64,000 nt of DNA. Source: a virus. A program made the translations under genes and the position numbers. Shown here in pieces: positions 23,288-30,664 of this stretch. The DNA is taken from IMG/VR virus record IMGVR_UViG_3300045988_180190; one strand, written 5' to 3'. Each line of letters starts with the position of its first letter. Positions within the stretch are counted from its first letter, which is position 1. Under the pieces are notes generated by a model, which was given only the letters and a program-made list of their open reading frames with translations, was not told the DNA's origin and searched no databases.

Positions 23288-24385
23288 ATGATTAAAACAA
23301 TGTCAATTAAAGCACCCTTAAACCCTGAAGATTATTTTCTGTGGTTTAATCAGTGTGCTGATATGTTTAATCAATATGTTGATTGGGCGTTTAAAGTTAA
23401 ATCTTATAATAAAAACAAAGCTCATAAGGAACTTTATCAAAAATTTCGTTGTGATTATCCACAAATTCCTAGTGCACTTGTCCAATGTGTTAGAGACATG
23501 GCTCTAGAATCTGTAAAAAGGGATAAATTTAAATCAAAACCCAAGAAAAAGAATAATTCCAGCTTAAGGCTAAATAAGTGTCTAATAAACTTAAAAGGAA
23601 ATTCTATTTCTGTAATTCACCCTAACAAACGAATTAAATTTAATTTTGATTATGCAGATTATTTTTCTAACTATAAAAATGCCAAATTTCGTAGCGCAAC
23701 TTTACAGTATAAAAAGCTAAGTCATACAATCGTTTTAAACTTACAATTCGAGTTTCCGGACACTCCCTTGAAAGCAGAAGGGGAAATAATAGGTATAGAT
23801 AGAGGTATTTACAACCTTGTGTCTTGTTCTAATGGACTGCAAATTAAAGGTAGTCAGATAAGAGCAAGACAACGAAAAGATTTGTTTAATAAAAGAAATA
23901 TTCAATCAAAAGGAACAAAATCTTCCAAACGTAAGCTTAAAAAGCTAAGCGGAAGATATGCTCGGTTCAGTGCGAATATTAATCACTGCATAAGTAAACA
24001 AATTGTTTCGATTCCTAATCTAAAAACCATTGTATTTGAAAATTTAAAAAACATCGGTAAAAAGCGTAAAGGAAAAAAGCTTAACAAATGGATTCATTCC
24101 TGGTCTTTTTACCAACTTCAAATATTCACGGAATACAAGGCTTTAGAAAAAGGAATCGAAGTAAAATATGTTGACCCAAGGTATACTTCGCAAAAGTGTA
24201 GTGCTTGTGGTTTCACGGACAAGAATAACCGGCATAAACATAAATTTGTTTGCAGACATTGCGGACATACTTGCGATGCCGATTTAAATGCCGCTGTAAA
24301 CATTAAACAAAACTATATTCTCTCTTTAACTAATAAAGAGCAGGCTGCTGTCAACCAGCCTATTGTAGCAAGCAGCAATGCTTAG
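23288..24385 (+). CDS. tnpB: TnpB RNA-guided nuclease (OrfB/IS605 family)
   Basis: 365 aa. RuvC-I IGIDRGI and RuvC-II VFENLKN. Zinc finger CSACG...CRHCG. RuvC-III DADLNAAVNI. Confidence 0.85.
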   Translation: MIKTMSIKAPLNPEDYFLWFNQCADMFNQYVDWAFKVKSYNKNKAHKELYQKFRCDYPQIPSALVQCVRDMALESVKRDKFKSKPKKKNNSSLRLNKCLINLKGNSISVIHPNKRIKFNFDYADYFSNYKNAKFRSATLQYKKLSHTIVLNLQFEFPDTPLKAEGEIIGIDRGIYNLVSCSNGLQIKGSQIRARQRKDLFNKRNIQSKGTKSSKRKLKKLSGRYARFSANINHCISKQIVSIPNLKTIVFENLKNIGKKRKGKKLNKWIHSWSFYQLQIFTEYKALEKGIEVKYVDPRYTSQKCSACGFTDKNNRHKHKFVCRHCGHTCDADLNAAVNIKQNYILSLTNKEQAAVNQPIVASSNA

Positions 24386-24542
24386 TTACAAGCTAATCAG
24401 TTTATCTGGTGAGTAGTTGACAGATCAACTTCATAGGTTACAATTTTCTATGTTGCTATATATCATTAGGTTACACCCAGTTATTAAGGTATACTTAACA
24501 ACTGGGTATGTAAGTGTTACTAAACACACAGGGGTTCCAGCA

Positions 24543-24974
24543 TTATTTACCTAAAATAATAGGTTTAGCTGTACCCTCTACTTCGATTTTTAAACAAGCT
24601 TGCCTGATTCCCATGAAGTAACAGTTTTTAATTTCAGGAGCTGCAATATCAGGGCGTTCAAATTTGTCGATTAAATTTTTCCACCATTTTTTCAGATTTT
24701 TAATATCTTCAGCGTCCCCAAAATCCCTTAAGTCTCCCCATAGCAATACAGCATATGCCGCTAAGGAATGTTCCTCCCCAGGGACAATCTTTACCTGAAT
24801 AGAACCTTCGGATCCATAGGGAACATTACACTTATATCTTTTAGACCAACGGTCTCCATAAGACCAAGTACGAAATAATCCCTTTAAAGCTTTCTCTTGC
24901 TGTATATCTCTTTCGTCGCCATCTCTTAGGGCATCAATCCTAATTACCCCGGCTATATGTGTCCATTGTGACAT
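24543..24974 (-). CDS. Hypothetical protein
   Basis: 143-aa ORF, the first gene of the IS-bracketed cassette. No motif recognised. Confidence 0.55.
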   Translation of the reverse strand: MSQWTHIAGVIRIDALRDGDERDIQQEKALKGLFRTWSYGDRWSKRYKCNVPYGSEGSIQVKIVPGEEHSLAAYAVLLWGDLRDFGDAEDIKNLKKWWKNLIDKFERPDIAAPEIKNCYFMGIRQACLKIEVEGTAKPIILGK

Positions 24975-25156
24975 ACGTTGTCCTTTCTTTTATTGTTTAA
25001 AATTTTTTTATATTGTTTACACTGATATAGGCATTTAATTGTAACCTTGCTGCTTCTGCATCACAATTGCCGTTTAGTGCTTTTTTTAACGTCTTGCCAT
25101 ATCAAGGAGTATTTTTCCCTACGGCGCAAAATAATTTTGTACCGTAGGGAAGTTAT

Positions 25157-25675
25157 TTAATGTTTCGAGGGATTATATGAATGTTCTTTTATCGCCTGCA
25201 TTAGATCCAAACATCTGTTTCTAGTGGCTATATTGTTACATCCGAAAACCATATACAACTTTGTATCTTCATGAATTACATGGATACAAGGCAGAGTATC
25301 ACTGAGCGTATTCTCAATCTCAGCAGAGTACTTAGGATCCCACTGATTATCTGATAGTGTAATTTTAAGAATTACTCTGTACTTAGTTTTTAACAGCTTA
25401 TTAAATTTATAAGCTGTTAAAAATTTTTTCAATTTACTGCGCATATAGCTAGTAAAAGATAACCTTTGTACATCAATAACTCCAGAGCTGCCTCGTGTAC
25501 GGGTTGTTTCTTTTGTGTCTAGAATCGAATCTTTTTGAGATTCTTTTACAAATTTCAGTACTTCCAAAATGAGCATCCAAGACATTATGACCACCACTAC
25601 TAAGACCGTAGCGTGTATAACATTGAAGTCTCCAACTAATGGTTTGTTTAAAATATTCATTATTGCGTAATTCAT
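25157..25675 (-). CDS. Hypothetical membrane-anchored protein
   Basis: 172 aa with one N-terminal hydrophobic helix (VIHATVLVVVVIMSWMLILEVL). Confidence 0.55.
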   Translation of the reverse strand: MNYAIMNILNKPLVGDFNVIHATVLVVVVIMSWMLILEVLKFVKESQKDSILDTKETTRTRGSSGVIDVQRLSFTSYMRSKLKKFLTAYKFNKLLKTKYRVILKITLSDNQWDPKYSAEIENTLSDTLPCIHVIHEDTKLYMVFGCNNIATRNRCLDLMQAIKEHSYNPSKH

Positions 25676-25701
25676 AAGTGTTTTCTTTCTAATAATTTAT
25701 C

Positions 25702-25866
25702 TTATTTACCACTGTATACCCATACCAGGCATGCCATTGACATAACTAAAAATACTGGCTCAACACCGCTAAATGTATCTCCACCAGCAATAGTATTAAT
25801 CAAAATTAGCCCAATTAGAGATAATGCCGTAATTAAAATAATGATCTCAATAAGCATTTTAAGCAT
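25702..25866 (-). CDS. Small two-helix membrane protein (54 aa, below the track threshold)
   Basis: My translation is MLKMLIEIIILITALSLIGLILINTIAGGDTFSGVEPVFLVMSMACLVWVYSGK. It fills the gap between neighbouring genes. Confidence 0.45.
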   Translation of the reverse strand: MLKMLIEIIILITALSLIGLILINTIAGGDTFSGVEPVFLVMSMACLVWVYSGK

Positions 25867-25885
25867 AGACTTTGCCTGACTGTTT

Positions 25886-25920
25886 ATAAATTAAAAGCGC
25901 AAGGTATTGAACCTTGCGCT
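25886..25920 (-). terminator. Rho-independent terminator-like hairpin
   Basis: On the minus strand, AGCGCAAGG-TTCAATA-CCTTGCGCT is followed by TTTAATTTAT. It lies 26 nt downstream of the lipoprotein gene's stop. Confidence 0.55.
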
Positions 25921-25946
25921 GAAAGAATGTTTGCGTTTTATGGAAT

Positions 25947-26528
25947 TTACTCAATGCAAATTCCAAACTGGCTGCAGGTTTCACGCAACTCGTTTACCGC
26001 TGCAATTTCTTTTGCCTTAACTTGTACGTACGCTTCAGAAGCAACCTTGGACGTGGATGCCGCAGTACTCATTTCAGCACCTTTGATTACTCCATTTGCT
26101 AGCCCTGTCAATATAAGATTAAATCCTTGCAAGCAAGTATTATCTTCTATATCGAAAAACTTGGTGTAAATGGCGTCGTACCAACTAAGCATGGTCTGCA
26201 TAGATGTTTCTATAAGCGGCCACCAGGTATTCACGTTGTCCCCAAGTCCTTGCTTAATATATTTTTCTATTTCTTCTGTGGAATAGTCTGAGGCATTGAC
26301 GGAAATGAGAATTCCATTACCGCTTGCCTTAAATATATTTGTAAGGTCCGGGTTCTTTTTACACACAGCGTTGACCGTATACTGTGCAGCCGTTTCCAAG
26401 GACGGTGCAATCACAGAAGCTACAGTGGTAAAATCTGCGGAGTTAAACCATCCTTTAATTTGTGTGCATCCACACAAGGTAGCTATGGACGCAATCGCAA
26501 TAAGTATGCTTGTTTTTATATGTTTCAT
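25947..26528 (-). CDS. Predicted lipoprotein
   Basis: 193 aa. MKHIKTSILIAIASIATLCGC is a signal peptide with a lipobox-like L-C-G-C. Confidence 0.65.
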   Translation of the reverse strand: MKHIKTSILIAIASIATLCGCTQIKGWFNSADFTTVASVIAPSLETAAQYTVNAVCKKNPDLTNIFKASGNGILISVNASDYSTEEIEKYIKQGLGDNVNTWWPLIETSMQTMLSWYDAIYTKFFDIEDNTCLQGFNLILTGLANGVIKGAEMSTAASTSKVASEAYVQVKAKEIAAVNELRETCSQFGICIE

Positions 26529-26570
26529 TGTATTTTTTCCTTTTGTTAGTTATTTAGTTGAGTGAAAAAT

Positions 26571-27455
26571 TTATTTTTTCTGAAATACTGATTTATTGCT
26601 CTTCAGCTTTCTGTCGAAATCTGCCTTGGATATGCCGGTTATCTCTTCGAATATTTTATAGTCAAAGTTTGGCAACTCAAGTGTTAGAATCACGTCTTGA
26701 ACCGTAGCCCTTGAAAATTCGCGTTTAAACATCTCCTTTTCAGGATGCTTTACCCTCAAAATCCAAAGAGGCCAAGGAATACTACGGGCATCTACGTCTG
26801 TTTCTTTGTTAAAGAAATAACATTTAGGGGATATGGTATTGAAACAACCACAGTTACGGTCCCCAATGTTAAAGGAACCAGTATTGTAGTTACCTATGTT
26901 CTTATCCCCCGTATTTTCGTTGCCGATGTTATATGCTCCACTGTTTCTGTACCCCACGTTAGATACTCCAGTATTATGATCGCCTATATTACCGTGACCG
27001 GTGTTGTAATTTCCTTTATTGCGGGTTCCAGTGTTAAGATTTCCCACATTTGGTCCCCGACTATTTTGGTATCCAATATTGTAATTGGGTCGCGGGGGTA
27101 GGTTATCTAAAGCACGATCTTCATAATACTTTATCCTACGCATGCAGGTTTTAGTAATTTCTTTGACCAGCCTTATCGTTTGACATAATATTTCAGGCGA
27201 GGTTCCCGCCACGTGTTCAATGCAAGTTTTCCCCTTAACGTCTACTTCGAATATTCTCACCTCCTCAAGTATTTCACCATACAAGGCAAAAATCCAGTTG
27301 GTAGAAACTTTATAGTGTGAGTCTTCAATTTTTGCAGCCGGAATCTTGGGAGTCCACTTTCCAGGCTTGTTACCTTGTGGCAAATAATCCGTGTAGTCAA
27401 ACCCGGAATTAATTACTTGATTATCTTCTACTCTAAGAACTATGTAGTTTTTCAT
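26571..27455 (-). CDS. Beta-helix-type repeat protein with non-canonical pentapeptide repeats (x-N-[ITV]-G-x)
   Basis: About 14 consecutive 5-residue units (PNVGN LNTGT RNKGN YNTGH GNIGD HNTGV SNVGY RNSGA YNIGN ENTGD KNIGN YNTGS FNIGD RNCGC). I moved the start to MKNYIVL (27455) because the upstream 22 codons are the translated IS left-end hairpin. Confidence 0.6.
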   Translation of the reverse strand: MKNYIVLRVEDNQVINSGFDYTDYLPQGNKPGKWTPKIPAAKIEDSHYKVSTNWIFALYGEILEEVRIFEVDVKGKTCIEHVAGTSPEILCQTIRLVKEITKTCMRRIKYYEDRALDNLPPRPNYNIGYQNSRGPNVGNLNTGTRNKGNYNTGHGNIGDHNTGVSNVGYRNSGAYNIGNENTGDKNIGNYNTGSFNIGDRNCGCFNTISPKCYFFNKETDVDARSIPWPLWILRVKHPEKEMFKREFSRATVQDVILTLELPNFDYKIFEEITGISKADFDRKLKSNKSVFQKK

Positions 27456-27482
27456 ATTATATCCTTTCTTTATTAGGAGTGT

Positions 27483-28839
27483 CAGAAAACTCACCAGCTC
27501 GTCTGGTGAGCTGAATGGCATCTTTGGTTATTTTGTTTTTTGTTCTTGACATAAATTTAAGTTAGTTGAAAATTTACTTAAACAATGCCTAAAAAGACAA
27601 TATTTAAATCTTATAAATTTCGTCTTTATCCTGAAGATAAAGACAAAGCTTTTTTATCTCAACATTTTGGGCATTGTAGGTTTGTATATAATTACTTCCT
27701 AAAAGAAAAGCAGAATTTTTATCTTAAAAACAAGAAAACTTTAAATTATAACAATTGTTCAGCCGCGTTAACTACTCTTAAAAAACAAAAAGAATACTCG
27801 TGGTTAAAAGACGTGAACTCCCAAAGCTTGCAACAATCTTTAAAGCATTTGGAAACTGCATTTGGAAAGTTCTTTAAAAAAGAAACTAAATTTCCCGTTT
27901 ATAAAAATAAACATTCTTTTAATTCTTTTTCGATACCTCAAAATATTCGCATTGTTAAAAATCGAATTTTTATTCCCAAATTTAAACAAGGCATTCGATT
28001 TGTTAAACATAGGGAATTGAAAGGTAAGATTCTTAGCGCCACAATATCCCTAAACCCGTCGGGAAGATATTTCGTATCTATTTTAACATCACAAGAAATT
28101 GACGTTAAGAAATCTGTTAAAAATCCAAAAATTATTGGGCTGGATTTGGGGATAAAAGACTTCCTTATAACTTCTGACGGATCCAGATTTTCTAATTTTA
28201 AGTTTAAAAGACAGTATCAAACTAAGCTATCTAAGCTTCAAAAATATCTAAGTCGCAAACCCCAACCCAGTAATTCCAAAATAAAACTAAAACAAAAGAT
28301 TGCCAAACTTCACGAGAAGATAGCCAATTCCCGTGAGTATCTGCAACATTGTATTAGTAAACAACTGGTTGAAGAAAACGATGTTATATGTTTGGAAACA
28401 TTATCAGTTAAAAATATGATGAAAAACCACAAGCTCGCTTATGCTATAAGCGATAGTGCATGGACATCTTTTGTTTCCAAACTGGAATATAAATCGAAAT
28501 GGAAGGGAAAAGATATAGTTAAAATAGACCATTTCTTTCCTTCGTCCAAAACTTGCAATAGTTGCGGGTATATTAACCAAAAACTAACGCTTAAAGACAG
28601 GTCTTGGATTTGTCCTAAATGCGGCAAGCTTTTAGATCGAGATATAAACGCGGCTAAAAATATTTTAACCCGAGGATTGACCATAATCCTATCGTCCGCA
28701 ACAGACGATTACAGACATGGAGCTGAAATAAGACTTGGCTTGGATAATTTATCCAAGCCAAGCATAAGCAATGAAGTGTTTAAAATTGAATAGCTTTAAT
28801 GCTTTTCAAGCTCACTAGCTTGTCTAGTGAGTAGTTGAC
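27483..28839 (+). mobile_element. IS200/IS605-family element carrying tnpB only (IS1341-like, non-autonomous)
   Basis: The left-end hairpin CTCACCAG-CTCGT-CTGGTGAG (27490..27510) is followed by CTGAATGGC. The right-end hairpin CTCACTAG-CTTGT-CTAGTGAG is followed by TAGTTGAC, ending at 28839. Orientation matches the first element. Confidence 0.8.
27585..28793 (+). CDS. tnpB: TnpB RNA-guided nuclease
   Basis: 402 aa. RuvC-I IGLDLGI and RuvC-II CLETLSVKNM. Zinc finger CNSCG...CPKCG. RuvC-III DRDINAAKNI. Confidence 0.85.
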   Translation: MPKKTIFKSYKFRLYPEDKDKAFLSQHFGHCRFVYNYFLKEKQNFYLKNKKTLNYNNCSAALTTLKKQKEYSWLKDVNSQSLQQSLKHLETAFGKFFKKETKFPVYKNKHSFNSFSIPQNIRIVKNRIFIPKFKQGIRFVKHRELKGKILSATISLNPSGRYFVSILTSQEIDVKKSVKNPKIIGLDLGIKDFLITSDGSRFSNFKFKRQYQTKLSKLQKYLSRKPQPSNSKIKLKQKIAKLHEKIANSREYLQHCISKQLVEENDVICLETLSVKNMMKNHKLAYAISDSAWTSFVSKLEYKSKWKGKDIVKIDHFFPSSKTCNSCGYINQKLTLKDRSWICPKCGKLLDRDINAAKNILTRGLTIILSSATDDYRHGAEIRLGLDNLSKPSISNEVFKIE

Positions 28840-28847
28840 TGTATTGA

Positions 28848-29381
28848 TTATTGCTTATTGCCTGCAGAATGCATGGCAAAAAATTTTTCAATGGGCATTT
28901 CAATTATTTTTCCTGTTTTTTTATGCCTAAACTTACATACAGTATTTGCTCTGCAGCATTTGGATATTTGGCGACTCCCTCTAAATACAGTAGAACAAGT
29001 TGGACCTATATTTAAGTTATAAAATATATGTGCGAAGGGAAAGTCCTTTAAAGACAATGGCGTTCCCAACGGATACGTAGGGTAATAGTACCCCAGTAGT
29101 GGAGAAATACTAAAATGCGTTAATTTTAGATAGTCAAAAAATGCTTCTTTATAAAGCTTTAAATTCTGATCACTTGCCGAAGTTTTTAACTGCTCATGCA
29201 TTTTGATAAGTCTCTTTACTGCCTTTTCCACCTTATCAAAGAAAAAGCTATCTGTTCGTAGCAATTTCTCGATGTCAAAGAATCCTCCTGCGTAGTCATA
29301 TGTAGCAGGGGGTAGCACTGTCGAACTGTTATCAGAATTATTCATATCAATAGCAGTCCAACAAAACTTATCCAAAAACAC
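28848..29381 (-). CDS. terL: Terminase large subunit, N-terminal fragment ending in half a Walker A loop, fused to a 36-aa split-intein N fragment
   Basis: 177 aa. ...TVFRGSRQISK is followed by CCRANTVCKFRHKKTGKIIEMPIEKFFAMHSAGNKQ-stop. The Cys-initiated segment resembles intein block A. Confidence 0.7.
   Translation of the reverse strand: MFLDKFCWTAIDMNNSDNSSTVLPPATYDYAGGFFDIEKLLRTDSFFFDKVEKAVKRLIKMHEQLKTSASDQNLKLYKEAFFDYLKLTHFSISPLLGYYYPTYPLGTPLSLKDFPFAHIFYNLNIGPTCSTVFRGSRQISKCCRANTVCKFRHKKTGKIIEMPIEKFFAMHSAGNKQ
28851..28958 (-). other. Split-intein N fragment (IntN, 36 aa) coding segment
   Basis: It starts at Cys142, immediately after SRQISK. The pattern C-x3-T-V-x7-G-K-I-x-(M)-P-I-E-x-F is typical of the first beta-strands of Hint domains. 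Confidence 0.6.
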
Positions 29382-29390
29382 AAGTTTTTT

Positions 29391-30182
29391 TTAAAACACC
29401 CAATTAGTCCAATCAAATTCTGAACCTTTTGGAAATGTGGTATCTAACTCAAATCTTAGTTTTTCAGGAACTTCAGTCCAACCAGACCAAAGAGATTCAC
29501 CAAATTCTTGGGTAGTGGAATGGATTTCCTTCCCCAACAAGTTATCCTCATCTTTTATATCTCTGTGGGGACTAACGAGATATATGCCTTGATTTCCATT
29601 GCCCGTATCTTCATCGGCAAATAATAGGATGAACCTGTTTGAAAAATGTTTTTGAAATTCCAATAACCATCCTATAGGCGTAACCCAAGGCGTAGTAAAT
29701 ATAATTGAACAGTCTGAAACCGCTTGCAATGACGCATTCCATTTACACCCCCAATTAACAACCGACCAGTCATACCAGTCCTTAAATTTACATAGAGTCT
29801 TACAACAAAATTCGATTAGCTCTTGTTTTTGATCTCGTGTGAGATCTTCTACTTTATGAGCAATATCTTTTTGTGTATCCTTAATATATGACTGCAGTAT
29901 ATCAAAGAATTTATCCGGGTCGGTATCTTGGGTAATACGATTGTTTTTACAGCACTGGAGAACTAATTCTTTCCATCTTGTATTTTTTGGGAATTCAGTT
30001 GTTTGACAATATACCACACTGGGATGCTCTAAAATCTTGGGCATAGGTACCAGCTTATTGAAATCCATTTGCATTTTCGGATTCTTATCTGCAGATTTCG
30101 TATTTATGTCGCACAACTTTAATGCTTCCTTTAGCTGAGATTGATTTTTAAACACTAGTTGGTTAAGTACTTCATTGGGCAT
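29391..30182 (-). CDS. Hypothetical protein, tentatively DUF1281/Api92-like
   Basis: 263 aa. The motifs FNKLVPMPKIL, WYDWSVVNWGCKWNA, FTTPWVTPIGW and LFADEDTGNG resemble that family as I remember it. It sits between the two terL halves. Confidence 0.45.
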   Translation of the reverse strand: MPNEVLNQLVFKNQSQLKEALKLCDINTKSADKNPKMQMDFNKLVPMPKILEHPSVVYCQTTEFPKNTRWKELVLQCCKNNRITQDTDPDKFFDILQSYIKDTQKDIAHKVEDLTRDQKQELIEFCCKTLCKFKDWYDWSVVNWGCKWNASLQAVSDCSIIFTTPWVTPIGWLLEFQKHFSNRFILLFADEDTGNGNQGIYLVSPHRDIKDEDNLLGKEIHSTTQEFGESLWSGWTEVPEKLRFELDTTFPKGSEFDWTNWVF

Positions 30183-30292
30183 GATCGTTCTCCTGTAAGT
30201 TTAATATGTTCAGATTTATAGAATTGTTATTTAAGATTATTATTGACCTTTAGAGTTTTTGTAATTTACATTTTTTTAGCTTATTCATAATT

Positions 30293-30664
30293 ATGCCTGA
30301 AAAAATTGAATCCAATAATCCAAAGTTCATAGAAAGCTATTCTGTTGAGGATTGGCAAATTGAAACTCCCAATGGTTGGGAGGATATTGAAAGTGTGCAC
30401 AAAACAATACCTTTCGATGTATGGCAGATTGTTACCGCTAACAAGAAAGTGTTGCACTGTGCAGATGAGCATGCTGTCATAACAGAAAACGGGGAGAAGA
30501 CACATGCTAAAAAATCATTGGATAATAATATTATTACCTCAGATGGAATCTCTTCAGTGGTGTCAGTAGATAAATTACCATTACCACCGGAGCATATGTA
30601 TGACATCACCTTAAAAAGTGATACCTCCCATGTATATTTTACTAATGGTATTTTAAGCCATAAT
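30293..30664 (+). other. Split-intein C fragment (IntC, 124 aa) coding segment
   Basis: Contains a block-B-like histidine context (VLHCADEHAVITENG) and ends in the block-G-like VYFTNGILSHN, followed by Thr as the +1 nucleophile. Confidence 0.65.

Larger units (their letters stand above)
22825..24421 (+). mobile_element. IS200/IS605-family insertion sequence (tnpA + tnpB)
   Basis: The left-end hairpin CTCACCAG-TTTAT-CTGGTGAG (22832..22852) is followed by ATGAATGGC. Divergent tnpA/tnpB genes follow. The right end is ...TCTGGTGAGTAGTTGAC, ending at 24421. The same end motifs recur in the second element. The left boundary is approximate. Confidence 0.8.

Noticed and set aside
24474-24510. Imperfect hairpin ACCCAGTT-A-TTAAG-GTATA-CTTAA-C-AACTGGGT downstream of 24543..24974, and hairpin CCCTACGG...CCGTAGGG at about 25118..25150
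   Set aside because: Both are plausible stem-loops, but neither has a U-tract on the gene strand. They could be terminators, processing sites or chance palindromes. The evidence is insufficient.
30183-30292. Sigma-70-type promoters in the divergent terL spacer (TTGACC-N17-TTACAT) and upstream of the second tnpB (TTGACA-N17-AAAATT at about 27548..27576)
   Set aside because: In DNA this AT-rich, hexamers like these arise by chance. The host, and therefore the promoter consensus, is unknown, and the phage encodes its own sigma factor. They are noted but not annotated.
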